The notes: a model not told the origin generated them from the letters alone. A stretch of 64,000 nt of DNA from Fibrobacteria bacterium (GCA_043745805.1 JAYTSD010000031.1:82731-146730), one strand, 5' to 3'. Shown: positions 8,967-19,814, counted from the first letter of the stretch. Made by a program: numbers and translations.

Positions 8967-9304
8967 TGTTTGTCTTCTCCTAATTGATGTTTTATGTCAG
9001 CCATTCCGAACATTCGATCTCGAATAAGCTTTTTTTTGTGCAATCTCTTGGCGACTTCTTCGGCACCATAAAACTCCACGATTACTAATTTTATAGTGTC
9101 TAGCTCTGCTTGGGTTTTTGTATGATAACCCAATACAACACTATCCACATGATGGGTGATTATAGAATCGTGCGCAGCCATGCTTTTTTCCATGGATTTT
9201 TTAGCAAGCCAGCCTGTTATATCTTGGCTAAAGGTGAGTAGACTTGCGCCACTTATACCTAAGGCAGAGAGAATCATAATTATGGCTTTTAAATCGAGTT
9301 TCAT
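8963..9304 (-). CDS. N-terminally anchored membrane protein (holin/antiholin/spanin-like?)
   Basis: Hydrophobic residues ~7-25; DSI, DSV and DTI motifs in the following domain. Confidence 0.6.
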   Translation of the reverse strand: MKLDLKAIIMILSALGISGASLLTFSQDITGWLAKKSMEKSMAAHDSIITHHVDSVVLGYHTKTQAELDTIKLVIVEFYGAEEVAKRLHKKKLIRDRMFGMADIKHQLGEDKQ

Positions 9305-11367
9305 TGTTCTTGCTCCTGATTTGCGTAACCACGCAAAAGTTTTTTTCTAAAATCTGGGACGCTGAGTTTATTAAGCAAAGTTGTGGATTGAGACGGGGAA
9401 TTTAATCCCATCGTAGGTGGTTTAAATGGCCCTTCTGCGGCGTTGCGGAGTGGATTACTTATATCGAATCCGATGGCCCTTGCCTTTTCTTTTATTGGTC
9501 CTAACACCGTATTATCGAGAATATTGTTTCCAATTTCCTTAACACCTTCTCGAATAGCATTTGATGCGCCTGTGCCGGATGTTGACATAACAGCATTTCC
9601 AAATTTATCACCAAGGTTCACGAGGTTTTTTAAATTATCTAGCTCCGTAGGTTCAAACAAAACTGAGGCTACTGTTTTTTTGTTTTCCATGGAATTTTTT
9701 AAGCGCTTGAAAGTAAAATCATCACCCTTTAACATTTCATTTAAAAATGTTCCCTTGAGTGTATTTAGTTGCTCCGGAGACAAATAATCTTTTAAAGCCG
9801 TAATTCTTTTTGTATCACCGTGATCAATAATGGATTTAAAAATCGCTTCATCACTTGTTCCCTCTTGGCCAATTTTTCCGAGCAAAGATTTATCGCCGAA
9901 TATTTTGTGCATCGCCTTATTACTCTCAACAAGCGAAGCGGCTTTTTCAATTCCGAAACTATTTTCAACAGTTCCGATCATCGCTTGCGAAATGTCACCA
10001 TATAATTTTCTAAAGCGAGAAATGTCCGGCGTAATATCTGCCAAAGTATTTTTAGACTTAAAGGCTACATCTCCAATATCCTGCAAAGCCTCATAGGATC
10101 CGGCGTAAGTTTGGCCCTTGCGCTTAAATACGTCAATTGCATTTAGTATTTGATTACCCTGCTCTTTTGCTGTTTTGGTTAAACCGTTTTCGGATTTTGC
10201 TTTCGCCCACGCTTCCAAATCCTGTAACTTAGGCGTTATCTTTTGCAATTGTTGCGGGTCCATCATTAAGTCGGGAACCTGTGCGATTATATCTTTATGC
10301 GTAGTATTGATAGCATCAAAAGCACGGTCCACGCCTTCGTTAAACCCTTCACGCAAAACGCTACCGGCGTCTTGGACGGTAACAGGTGCGCTACCACCAA
10401 TTTTTTCTATGTCCCTGTGAATCGCCTTGCGAACTTGATCCAATCCTTCAGCATGCTTGTCTAGTAGCTCCTGACCAGCTAACCCTTCGGCTTGTACTCT
10501 AGCAGTGCGCGTGGCCATATGGTTTTTGCCAAATTCAACGGCTTCAGGTAATAGTTTTGGATCGATTCCGTTTTCTAGTGCAGTTTTAACGGAATGCGTA
10601 AAGTCATCCGCTTGCTTTGGATTGAACGCGCTCGTGATTCCTTGTCTTGCACTTTCAAATGCGTCTCCAGTAGTTTTAATTAAAGATTTTGTGGCGTTTA
10701 TTGAACCTGTTGCAGCCTTTGTACCAGTAAGCAAATCAGCGCCACGAGCTAAACCCTCAACACCTTCACCAGCCATTTTTGCAATCGGCTTTGCAGTATT
10801 ACCGAGCATTTTTAATTCGGACATTCCAGGAATAGGCACAGCCAATTCACCTATAGCCCCAACTGTTCCGGATGCAGTAGGATCAAAAAATCCACCTTTT
10901 TTAAGCTGAATTCCTTTTCCAGTTTCATTATAAAGACTAGGTGCAACATCGCTTAATGCTGTTGATGGCACACCATATCCCTCAGCAATCTTTCCCGCTG
11001 TTGGTGATTTATCTGGATCGGCGCCAAAATTTTTTATTGCCGTTCCTAAAAATGTTCCAACATCTTTGTATTCATTTGGATCAGTAAATTTTGATAATCC
11101 CTCTGCTCGTCCACCTCTGTCTATTCTGTTTTGCTGTACTTGCCCAAGCCCTGCTCGAATAGGCGCAGTTGTTACCCTATCTAATTGGCGACCAACAAAA
11201 GCGAGTGGTGGGAGTACAATATTTGCTGCGGTAGAACCTATTTTATCTAAAAGGCTTAGATCATCTTGTGCAGCTGGATCGATAGCGGGCGAAGCGGAAT
11301 ATTTTTTCCATGGTCCATCATCGGTTACGGTACCGGTGGATGCATACTTTTCCCATGGCTTGGCCAT
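9301..11367 (-). CDS. Large DNA ejection / internal virion protein
   Basis: 688 aa, alpha-helical, N-terminal PWEKY/PWKKY repeats typical of podophage ejection proteins. Confidence 0.7.
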   Translation of the reverse strand: MAKPWEKYASTGTVTDDGPWKKYSASPAIDPAAQDDLSLLDKIGSTAANIVLPPLAFVGRQLDRVTTAPIRAGLGQVQQNRIDRGGRAEGLSKFTDPNEYKDVGTFLGTAIKNFGADPDKSPTAGKIAEGYGVPSTALSDVAPSLYNETGKGIQLKKGGFFDPTASGTVGAIGELAVPIPGMSELKMLGNTAKPIAKMAGEGVEGLARGADLLTGTKAATGSINATKSLIKTTGDAFESARQGITSAFNPKQADDFTHSVKTALENGIDPKLLPEAVEFGKNHMATRTARVQAEGLAGQELLDKHAEGLDQVRKAIHRDIEKIGGSAPVTVQDAGSVLREGFNEGVDRAFDAINTTHKDIIAQVPDLMMDPQQLQKITPKLQDLEAWAKAKSENGLTKTAKEQGNQILNAIDVFKRKGQTYAGSYEALQDIGDVAFKSKNTLADITPDISRFRKLYGDISQAMIGTVENSFGIEKAASLVESNKAMHKIFGDKSLLGKIGQEGTSDEAIFKSIIDHGDTKRITALKDYLSPEQLNTLKGTFLNEMLKGDDFTFKRLKNSMENKKTVASVLFEPTELDNLKNLVNLGDKFGNAVMSTSGTGASNAIREGVKEIGNNILDNTVLGPIKEKARAIGFDISNPLRNAAEGPFKPPTMGLNSPSQSTTLLNKLSVPDFRKKLLRGYANQEQEQ

Positions 11368-12635
11368 TATACTTTTTCCCAGTTTTTAGGGTCTTTTGGA
11401 TCGCCGCCTTTAAATTTGTAACCACCTTCTACGGTTCCAGCCGATGGCGCGGCGGGAGCTTTTTGACTTGATGAATCTGTTTTCGGAGTACGGCCATATA
11501 AAGAATCAATATCGGCGTTACCTCTATCGATAGATCCTTGCATGCTATTTATTTTTGCATTCACCTTATCAACAAATTTATCTAGGTTTCTTCCTATAAA
11601 CTCTCCGCTGCCACTCCAATTACCGACTTGATATTTTAATTCTGAGGCGAGTCTTTCAGCTTCATCATTAGACAAGGCATCGGGGCCTAGCGAGCTATTC
11701 ATGGCCTTTAACATTCCGAGGCCATAGGATAAAGCAGCATCTTTAGTCTTTGCGTTTTTAAACTGCTCTAAGTCGCTTGAAATTGTGTTTTTCAAAGTTT
11801 TTTGAAATCCAATTGTGCCGGCAATTTTTTTTACTTGCTCCTGAGCCTCCATGGGCAAGGCGTTAAATTCGGCGTTCTTATCAACTTTTCCGGCAATGTC
11901 CGTAAGCTCGTAAGTGCCTTTCTTTGTATTTGTTTTGTAAACAGATCCGTCACCTCCATTAAAAAACGAAAACTGCCCATTGTCCATTGCTTTAGCTTGA
12001 GCGTTTGACGCTCCCACATTTGCTTTGGCCTGTAGCGGTTTAAACGCGCTTGCGGCCGTTTCATTTTGTGACTGCGTGATTTTATCACCCTGCGTTTTCT
12101 CTGCTATGTTCGCTTCTACTCCCGATGTTCTCGCTTGTGCTTGTGTATGGGTAACATTAGCGTTACTGATTGGAGTTTCATTTTGGGTTTTGGTTAATCT
12201 GCCAGCATAATCCGCTTTAGCCATTTCCGGAGTATATAGCGGATCATCGTTCAAAAGTGACATGGTATGATAGTGTGCGTCGTTTAAACCTTGCGCTTGT
12301 GCGCCTGACGCCGAAATGCCGGTAGGCATTCCGCCTGCATCCATACCGAGGCTAGCTTTTCCCGTTTCGCCCATTGGCAATTGTGATGCGGGTTGAGAGT
12401 TCTTAAATGATTCTAAAAGCATTTGCTTTTTCAGATTCTTATCGAATGACAACTTAGATGTTTGATTCACTAAATTCTTGGCCGCGTTATCTTTATTTAC
12501 GCCCTCTGTGACCGCGGCAGATTGCAGTAAATCCGATTGGGTTTTACGATTATCTTGTATAGCCGTACCAATGTCACCTAGGCCCAATAAGCTGCGCTGC
12601 AAGGCTTCCGCCATGCTTGGTCTATATTGTATCAT
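11367..12635 (-). CDS. DNA ejection / internal virion protein
   Basis: A/Q-rich; C-terminal GTVEGGYKFKGGDPKDPKNWEKV motif typical of podophage ejection proteins. Confidence 0.7.
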   Translation of the reverse strand: MIQYRPSMAEALQRSLLGLGDIGTAIQDNRKTQSDLLQSAAVTEGVNKDNAAKNLVNQTSKLSFDKNLKKQMLLESFKNSQPASQLPMGETGKASLGMDAGGMPTGISASGAQAQGLNDAHYHTMSLLNDDPLYTPEMAKADYAGRLTKTQNETPISNANVTHTQAQARTSGVEANIAEKTQGDKITQSQNETAASAFKPLQAKANVGASNAQAKAMDNGQFSFFNGGDGSVYKTNTKKGTYELTDIAGKVDKNAEFNALPMEAQEQVKKIAGTIGFQKTLKNTISSDLEQFKNAKTKDAALSYGLGMLKAMNSSLGPDALSNDEAERLASELKYQVGNWSGSGEFIGRNLDKFVDKVNAKINSMQGSIDRGNADIDSLYGRTPKTDSSSQKAPAAPSAGTVEGGYKFKGGDPKDPKNWEKV

Positions 12636-13009
12636 CGTATTCCTGTTTTCAATCCAGGGTATGGATTAGCAAGGTTTGCCCCAAAAGAATTTCCAGCGGG
12701 GTTATTCGAAGAAAATGCAGAACCAAGAAAATTTTTAAAAATGTTATAGCCATTCTCGGCGGTTTGATCCGTTCTGCCTTTTCTTTTTAGGCTGTCATTA
12801 TTTAGTCTTTGCTCTTCAAGATTTAATTGATATGCTGGATCTTGTTCTTGAGCTTGCGCGTCAAGATAACCTCCAACACCACCCAGTAACCCGCCTAATA
12901 CCCCTCCGGCAGCCGTTCCATAAGGTCCAAATGCAGATCCGGCCTTTGCGCCACCGGTAGCGCCAGTGATACCCATAGATAATGATTCGGCCATTGTTCG
13001 CTTTTTCAT
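12632..13009 (-). CDS. Small glycine-zipper ejection protein
   Basis: GATGGAKAGSAFGPYGTAAGGVLGGLLGG membrane-active segment. Confidence 0.65.
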   Translation of the reverse strand: MKKRTMAESLSMGITGATGGAKAGSAFGPYGTAAGGVLGGLLGGVGGYLDAQAQEQDPAYQLNLEEQRLNNDSLKRKGRTDQTAENGYNIFKNFLGSAFSSNNPAGNSFGANLANPYPGLKTGIR

Positions 13010-15357
13010 CTTTTAGTCTCCAATGCTAACGCGGAATTAGCTCTATCATTTCCAACAAGATCGGTAAAGGCTTTTTTAGCTTCTTCTGGATCTAAACCAT
13101 TAACTACCATGTTGTAATAATTGGCATAATCCATTCCGACTTGAGTGGCGCTATAAATATATCGTACACCTTCTTCTAACAATTGGCCACCAACCTTACT
13201 ACGGTCATATAATCCCTTGTAAACTTTCTTTGGATCAAGACCATTATCCTCTGCGATCTTATTGAGGTGTTCCTCGGCATTTATCATCATGCCGCTCGCA
13301 TGTCTATTGTCTTTCTGAGCTACGATTTTATTTGGATCAAGTTTATCTGCAATATTTTTTATCTCGATACTATTGTCCTGAATAGTTTTCATTATATCAG
13401 GAGAGAGCGAGCTCTTCACCTGTCCAAGCGTGGTTTTGAAAGTTTTAACTTGAGTCGCATAGGTCTGTGTCCCGTCGTCTGTAATCTTGGCATTGATGTT
13501 ATTCTTCGCTGCTGCTATTTGCTCAGGAGTATATTGCTTGCCACTTGGATCTTTTGCAGTGGCAGCCCATGTTTCAAACGACGCGGGGTCTTTGAAGCTT
13601 GAGGCTTTCATGTTTAACGTGCCTTGTGCAACTTTATCAGCTGTCATCACCGGTGACCCGTCAGGATTCTTTAGGTTACCCAACCCTTTATAAAAATTCT
13701 CAGCTGCAAATTGAAGCATATCCGGATTATCGCCAGCCATTGCGGTAAGCGTTGCTGTGGTTTTTGCAAGGTTTTCGAATTCAGATGAGCCTTTTAACAA
13801 ATCAAATTTTGCCTGATCTAATCCAAGAGTAGAGGCGAATTCACTTGCGTCCTGAGCCAGCTTTTGATAAGCCAGTTGTACATCTTGATCCTTAAAATCA
13901 TATTTCTGCTGCAAGTCCGCGCTGAATTGCGTTGAATTTTGCGCGAGTTGCGCTTCGGCCAATGTTTTGGCTTGGGAAAGTTGTTTATCCTGTTGCTGTC
14001 CATCAAACCACTGCTGACTTGCTTGCATAGCGGTTTGTTGGTCATAACCCATACCAAGCAATTCTTTTTCGTAATCTTGCTTGGTAGTCGCCATAGCTTC
14101 CTCGTGAGAGTAACCCTTGTCAGTCATAAGCGAAGTAAAACTTTGCGCCATTTTTGTATTTAAGATTGTATTGGCTTGTTCTTTTTCGAGCGTGTCGAGA
14201 TTAAGTGTATGGTTTAAAGTCGCCATCGACGTATCGTGATCGTTTTTCATTTTCTCAAGCAATACATTTTGCTCATTTTGCGTGAGCTGTTGACCGGCTT
14301 CGAATTTTCTTTGAATGTCGTCTCGATTACCTTGCCAAATTCTTTGGGCCACGGCGTCATCGAGTCCAGCGGTTACGCGCCATTTTTCAAAATCTTGAGT
14401 CGAGTTGAACTGTTGAATTTGTGTCGCCATTTTTTTAGCGTCAATATCATACCCTTGATCCGCAATGTATTTTTGCAATTCGCGTGATAAATTATTTTGT
14501 ACTGAGGTCGCCGATATTTGTCTTTCGTTTTGCGTTGCTTGCCATGCTCTTTGGGCTTCGTCATTAGAAAAGCCTTTATCAGTGGCATATTTTTTAAACG
14601 ACAATTCGTCCTGAAATTGACTGCCACTTTGGGCCAGCTCTTTTTCGCGCAAACTTAGATCTTTCAGCGCAAGCTCTTTTGTTTGAGCTAGTGCAGTGGA
14701 ATTTTGCTCCCCTTGTTGACCGAGGCCCGCTAAGGTGGATAAGTTTTGGAAAGCATTTTGTTGTTTGGTTATATTTTGTTGCTCTTCTTGGCCTTGTAAT
14801 TGGCCTAAAAAGTTTTGTCTTGCGGGTATTAACTTCTGCGTTACATAGTCGCCTACATCGCCCCCAAGCTGTCCAGTGAAGGCATGTCCATTTAATGCCG
14901 ATGATTCTTTTGCTTGGCGTAAAGCCTCGCCCTCGCCTTTGTTGTACTCGTTTAAAGCGAACATCGATGACATAGATGGGTTTTGGTTACCCTGTAAATT
15001 TTGGCCTATTGCTTGGCTCGCTTGGCCTATCAATGGCTCTGCAAGCGGGTTTTCTTGCAATGCCTGACTAAATGTTTTAGGCTTTGCAGCCTGTGGATCT
15101 TGCGGGTTTTGTGGAGCGGGTCCATCGCCTGGATTAAATGCAGCTGAATTAAAACCGGCACTATCGCCACCTGGAATCTTAAATGAACTTTGTGACGAAG
15201 CTGGTGCCACTTGGTTAGGCGTTTGGCTATTGGCTATATCACTAGGTGCGCCGCCTGAATTTTGAACCGCGCCGCTTAATTTGGCGCCAAATGATTGGTT
15301 GCCAAAGTAACTTGGGCTTTTAGGATCGCGCCATTGATATGTTCCGGTTGTAGCCAT
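13006..15357 (-). CDS. Internal virion / ejection protein (Q-rich coiled coil)
   Basis: 783 aa, Q/A-rich heptad-like repeats, located between tail and ejection genes. Confidence 0.65.
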   Translation of the reverse strand: MATTGTYQWRDPKSPSYFGNQSFGAKLSGAVQNSGGAPSDIANSQTPNQVAPASSQSSFKIPGGDSAGFNSAAFNPGDGPAPQNPQDPQAAKPKTFSQALQENPLAEPLIGQASQAIGQNLQGNQNPSMSSMFALNEYNKGEGEALRQAKESSALNGHAFTGQLGGDVGDYVTQKLIPARQNFLGQLQGQEEQQNITKQQNAFQNLSTLAGLGQQGEQNSTALAQTKELALKDLSLREKELAQSGSQFQDELSFKKYATDKGFSNDEAQRAWQATQNERQISATSVQNNLSRELQKYIADQGYDIDAKKMATQIQQFNSTQDFEKWRVTAGLDDAVAQRIWQGNRDDIQRKFEAGQQLTQNEQNVLLEKMKNDHDTSMATLNHTLNLDTLEKEQANTILNTKMAQSFTSLMTDKGYSHEEAMATTKQDYEKELLGMGYDQQTAMQASQQWFDGQQQDKQLSQAKTLAEAQLAQNSTQFSADLQQKYDFKDQDVQLAYQKLAQDASEFASTLGLDQAKFDLLKGSSEFENLAKTTATLTAMAGDNPDMLQFAAENFYKGLGNLKNPDGSPVMTADKVAQGTLNMKASSFKDPASFETWAATAKDPSGKQYTPEQIAAAKNNINAKITDDGTQTYATQVKTFKTTLGQVKSSLSPDIMKTIQDNSIEIKNIADKLDPNKIVAQKDNRHASGMMINAEEHLNKIAEDNGLDPKKVYKGLYDRSKVGGQLLEEGVRYIYSATQVGMDYANYYNMVVNGLDPEEAKKAFTDLVGNDRANSALALETKR

Positions 15358-15638
15358 TATTCCATCCTCAGGGTAACAATTGCATTCTTGTCGCTAAATT
15401 GTAGAGTTACCCGTCGCAAATCTTTCACAGCAATTCCATTCGCATTTATTTTTATCCAACATTGCATATTTTTCCCTTCGGATGCCACAATAAAAACTTG
15501 CTTTGGTATGCGTGCAAGCTCGTGAGAAATGATTACATCGGTTCCGGCAGTTTCTTTTACGAATCGACGCAAGAGAGCGAAGCGCTTATCATCATCGAGA
15601 TAAACCTGATCAAGTTTTAATTCTCCGGTTGGGATCAC
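15357..15638 (-). CDS. Small tail-associated protein
   Basis: 93 aa with 'ISHELARIP' (H.LG..P-like fibre-associated motif). Confidence 0.55.
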   Translation of the reverse strand: MIPTGELKLDQVYLDDDKRFALLRRFVKETAGTDVIISHELARIPKQVFIVASEGKNMQCWIKINANGIAVKDLRRVTLQFSDKNAIVTLRME

Positions 15639-17167
15639 TGCATAAACTCCAATTCGAACCTAACCGGTGTGCCTTTAGTTCCGCTTGTTGTGAATCCAGT
15701 AGAACTATTGCTTTTATAAAAAGTTATAGTACTCGTGTTATATGAGGCCTTTATATCCGATGAAGGACCAATAGTTGCCGAATTGTCGGTTAGGCTTGGT
15801 ATTGAAAAATGTACGGTTCCAGGAGATAGTGTGGATGGAACTCCGGTATATGTAAATGTGTTAGCGTTGCTTGTTGCCGAAAGAATTGGAATATCTATGG
15901 TAACATGATTTCCAATCCTAAAAAATACGCTAACTGCCGTAGGAGCCGATGTGCATCCGGTAATAGTTGCCGTCCACGTCCCTTTATCAATGTATGTTTC
16001 ATACTGCCATGTGTTTCCAATACTCTTTACTGAGATATTGGAATTATTCGCATTTCCGATTAGTGTAGGTGTAGACCAATCAGTTCCAGATCCGGAAGTT
16101 ATTGAAATAGTATTCAAAGTAAAATCTGTTTTATGTATATCATAAACTCGTCCCACGCAGCTTGAGGCTAGCGGTAAAGTAATCGTAAAACTTCCGCTTG
16201 TAGCATCAGCGTTTATTGTATGGTGGGTAGCGTCTAGCGTTGTGTTTCCTGTAAGGGTGGTGACTACGTTGGCAACGGAAGTATTAAGTGTTACGCCGCT
16301 GGTTGCGGAAACGGTTAATTGTGTTGAGCCGTTAGTTTGAATTTGTAAATCCCGATAGGTTCCCGTACCTTGCTTATCAACAGTTAATTGCCCAGCCGTT
16401 CCGGTATGTTGTATAAAGCATCTTTCAGTATTTGCCACACTTGGATCGCCCACACCAAAAGAAACCAATGCACCCCCCGAAGCTGCAACATTTAAATTCT
16501 TTACATTCAAACCCCACGATACCACGTCCGTAGCGCCATTGACATTTGATCTCGTTGCCGCCGCCACTCCAAGTATAGGGGTAACAAATATAGGACTCGT
16601 AGCGCGAACATGGCTACCGCTTCCCGTTTCCGTATTAACTGATAAGTTACCTGATCCATCTGTTATGACCGTCCTAGAAGCGGTTAAAGGTGTAGCAATC
16701 GTACCCGTGAGCGCTGGACTCGAAATAGTTGGCGTTGCGATTGTCGGGCTAGTTGATTTTACATAACTACCAGATCCCGTTTGTGCAACAGTTGTTAAAG
16801 CTTTTCCAGCCGTAAGCTCCATAGTCTGCGAAGCTGTTCCGGAACTAAAAACAGGGGCAGTTGTGAAAGTATCCACACCCGCAAACTTTGCGGTTCCGGT
16901 AACCAAAGTGTTACCTGATATAGTAGGGTTTGATATAGTTGGTGTTGTAATCGATGGGCTTACCGACCGCGAAAGCACACCTGTTCCGGTGGCCGCGTTT
17001 ACCGTGTCGTTAATATTATTTACGCCCCATTTTAAAGCAGAGTCATTTTTGTCAACATACCGCACCTTTGGAATGGCCGCGGTATCGACGATATAGGGAA
17101 GGCTCACATTTGTGAGCGCAAAGGATTTTAAAGCAAAAAGTGATAGGAGTAAGAATATTTTTTTCAT
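15635..17167 (-). CDS. Putative tail fibre carrying an N-terminal Sec signal peptide
   Basis: MKKIFLLLSLFALKSFA| leader; repeated 'TG(S/T)G..V.(S/A)TSP....P.I' shaft motifs; 'ADATSGSFTITLP' and 'GTWTAT...RIGNHVTI' fibre domains. Confidence 0.75.
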   Translation of the reverse strand: MKKIFLLLSLFALKSFALTNVSLPYIVDTAAIPKVRYVDKNDSALKWGVNNINDTVNAATGTGVLSRSVSPSITTPTISNPTISGNTLVTGTAKFAGVDTFTTAPVFSSGTASQTMELTAGKALTTVAQTGSGSYVKSTSPTIATPTISSPALTGTIATPLTASRTVITDGSGNLSVNTETGSGSHVRATSPIFVTPILGVAAATRSNVNGATDVVSWGLNVKNLNVAASGGALVSFGVGDPSVANTERCFIQHTGTAGQLTVDKQGTGTYRDLQIQTNGSTQLTVSATSGVTLNTSVANVVTTLTGNTTLDATHHTINADATSGSFTITLPLASSCVGRVYDIHKTDFTLNTISITSGSGTDWSTPTLIGNANNSNISVKSIGNTWQYETYIDKGTWTATITGCTSAPTAVSVFFRIGNHVTIDIPILSATSNANTFTYTGVPSTLSPGTVHFSIPSLTDNSATIGPSSDIKASYNTSTITFYKSNSSTGFTTSGTKGTPVRFELEFMQ

Positions 17168-19146
17168 CGTTTCCCAAAGATTCTGGAAACCGTTTGCCGA
17201 AAATGCATAACGAGTCCAATAAATGTGAATGTTGCGCTTGCGTTATTTACTTGTAATTTGAATTGGAAAAATATTGCGTTTATTCCGCGCGGAATCGCTA
17301 TCGATCCGCCGAGTGAAGTGTTAGCAAACCAAGTTTTATCCCAAAGTTTATCCCATGATCGAGGCACGAATGTTGGTGAAATAGCGGCCAAACTTGTTCC
17401 GGTCGATACCGCTCCATAATCGCCATCGATGCGAGGATTTACTGATCCATCGGTGATAAATAAAAGTTCAATTATGGAAATGGTTTTAACGTACTCAGGA
17501 GAGTTTTGTAATATTGGACCGCTCCAAATATTCGTATCTATTGTAGTTTGAACTCCTCCCACATGGTCGTAAGCTCCCGCTCCCGCTTGCAGGATGCGGT
17601 AATTTTGATTGTCGAATACGATAACTTTTCTGTCGCGGGTATAAAGCATATAACCAAAGCCAACGCCAGTAAAAATCGTAAACTTGGCCGTGGAAGAGAC
17701 GTCGGGGTTATATGGCTGAAAGGTGGATAGGTCGAGAGTTAAAAGCGTATCACCACAAAGTTTTCCGGAATCCTGTCGAGTCGCGATATATAAAACTTGA
17801 TCGCAAACTGTTAGAACGATATTTGAATCGCCTTGATTTCCATTGTAACCTAGTTCGCCGCCGCCTAGAAAAATTGCATTCACATTCATGGAAATCATTA
17901 TCGGTGCACCAGTTGGCCCTAGGAATTCGAGGCCGCGAAGAGATACGAAGAAAGCCCATCGGCCCCATGTTGCGAACGCTTCTTGATTTCTCACACCCAC
18001 ATCGGGAGAGATTGGCTGTAATTGATTCTTAGGATCTGATTGAGGCAATAAATAGCAGGAATCAAGCTGGCTTAAAAAAGCATCCGTTCCGCTTTCCTGT
18101 CCTGATTTGTTACCTATGCCTTTAACACATGTTAAGTCACCTTTTCCGGGTAGTTTAATGCGGTAACTCGTAGTATTTGGATAATATTCGCATTCATATT
18201 TATTAGTGGCAATAATCGAAAACCATGCTGTTTTTGAAGCATCTGGATCCGTTGCATCAATGATAAAACCGAAAATAACCCGCTTTCCGGAAGAGGTAAC
18301 GAATTTTGCAGTAGGAGCGGCACCATTACGGCCGCTATCGTCAATTATTTGACCAGTTAAAGCCGCATCGCTAACATTTGACTGATATGTTACTGTTAAC
18401 CTTCCGGCTACTGTTGCCTCGAGGTAATAAGGAAAGCCCAATCCACTGAATGAGCGATAAACCTCATAGGCATTCACTCTCAAATCGGAAGAAGCAGTCC
18501 ATCCGAAATTAGTTTTTTGATTTGCTGGCGTTGCTGTAACAATTGTAGACCAATCACCACGAACAACGGTAACGCCTCCAACTTGAATACACGGGACGAT
18601 AACCCATTGCCATGTTCCGCTTTGCCCAGTGGCCGTAAAAGACGAAAAAGCAAAATTTGTTACCGGTGCTGGCGCTCCAAAAACTCTCCAAGCCGAATCA
18701 TCGGCTCTTTGTGGCAAATCAGCGCCATTGGTAGCGATGCATGCTCCCATAAAAGTCTCAAAACGAATAGTTTTATTGACTGTTAATCCCGTAACACGCG
18801 CCGTATCTATTCCAGTAGTCTTATCTAACTCTTGAATAGTGCCATTTGCATGGGCATGCAAGAGCCTAGCACTACCACCTGAGTCCACATATTCATGAGC
18901 GAGAGAAAATGCGCCCATGGCCGTGTAATCGGTAGTAAGGTTATTATTCGAGCTAAGCAAAAACCCAACAAACGCATTGCGGCGGTTTAGCGTTCCGCTT
19001 TGATAATCCATGTTATCAAGCTTTTGAGCGAAACCGTTTTTTATTTCCAAAAACGTATTCATGATGTCAATACCCAAGGGCATTTTATACCACGGCCCAC
19101 TACGTGGATCTGGAAAGCGCCTAAGTGAAGAGAGTGGCACAGGCAT
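17164..19146 (-). CDS. Tail nozzle / tubular protein B-like
   Basis: 660-aa beta-propeller-like composition, directly after the adaptor gene as in podophages. Confidence 0.65.
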   Translation of the reverse strand: MPVPLSSLRRFPDPRSGPWYKMPLGIDIMNTFLEIKNGFAQKLDNMDYQSGTLNRRNAFVGFLLSSNNNLTTDYTAMGAFSLAHEYVDSGGSARLLHAHANGTIQELDKTTGIDTARVTGLTVNKTIRFETFMGACIATNGADLPQRADDSAWRVFGAPAPVTNFAFSSFTATGQSGTWQWVIVPCIQVGGVTVVRGDWSTIVTATPANQKTNFGWTASSDLRVNAYEVYRSFSGLGFPYYLEATVAGRLTVTYQSNVSDAALTGQIIDDSGRNGAAPTAKFVTSSGKRVIFGFIIDATDPDASKTAWFSIIATNKYECEYYPNTTSYRIKLPGKGDLTCVKGIGNKSGQESGTDAFLSQLDSCYLLPQSDPKNQLQPISPDVGVRNQEAFATWGRWAFFVSLRGLEFLGPTGAPIMISMNVNAIFLGGGELGYNGNQGDSNIVLTVCDQVLYIATRQDSGKLCGDTLLTLDLSTFQPYNPDVSSTAKFTIFTGVGFGYMLYTRDRKVIVFDNQNYRILQAGAGAYDHVGGVQTTIDTNIWSGPILQNSPEYVKTISIIELLFITDGSVNPRIDGDYGAVSTGTSLAAISPTFVPRSWDKLWDKTWFANTSLGGSIAIPRGINAIFFQFKLQVNNASATFTFIGLVMHFRQTVSRIFGKR

Positions 19147-19814
19147 TATAAAGTTTCACCTGCAAACGATTGATAAAGTGGTTGACCAAACACATCTTGT
19201 GGCGTTCTATTGTCCGGCCTTGTTGATCCGCGTCTAACAGCCAGCCATAAAGCGGCTTTCCATTCTTCCGCTTGCGACTTATAGTTTGCTGCCATAGCCT
19301 GCAACTCAGGCGTATTGAATACGGCCAAGAATGATGCATAAGCCATGATGCAGCGCTTTAAATCGTCATCAGATGGCCATGCAGCTAAGTCCGCGATTAC
19401 AGTAACTTTTTTTCTATAAGTGAGGTAAAGCGTTGCCGTACCCGGATTAGTCGCGAACATTAGAACAGGGGTTCCGGTACTTCTGTTTATATAAACTTCA
19501 TAGCGCCTATTGTATGGCCCATCTTTAACAAGAGCATCAACGTCGAAAGTGTCGCTTGCATAGTATTTCGTGAGCCTTCTCTCAACTGGCTTACCTTCGA
19601 AATCGCTTGGAAGAGAATAAGGTCCAAGACTCCCATCAATAGCGGAAATTGTTGTTTGTCCTAAAACAAAATTCCAATCCTTATCCTTTACCAACCAACT
19701 AGCAGCGCCAACGACTTTACGCTCTAAATATCCGCCTGCTACGGTATCATAAGACTGAATCTCGCGAAGATCATCCGCAAGATCCGTCTTAAGCTGAGTG
19801 GTGTCGAGTGCCAT
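19146..19814 (-). CDS. Head-tail adaptor / tubular protein A-like
   Basis: 222 aa, 'DWNF...YSLPSDF' pattern, position after the capsid module. Confidence 0.65.
   Translation of the reverse strand: MALDTTQLKTDLADDLREIQSYDTVAGGYLERKVVGAASWLVKDKDWNFVLGQTTISAIDGSLGPYSLPSDFEGKPVERRLTKYYASDTFDVDALVKDGPYNRRYEVYINRSTGTPVLMFATNPGTATLYLTYRKKVTVIADLAAWPSDDDLKRCIMAYASFLAVFNTPELQAMAANYKSQAEEWKAALWLAVRRGSTRPDNRTPQDVFGQPLYQSFAGETL

Noticed and set aside
13006-15357. Tape measure protein of a long-tailed phage
   Set aside because: No major tail, tail chaperone or baseplate genes seen; context (adaptor, nozzle, PWEKY and GGDP proteins) fits podophage ejection proteins.
5561-17167. Diversity-generating retroelement acting on fibre genes
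   Set aside because: No reverse transcriptase ORF and no template/variable repeat pair differing at adenines was seen.
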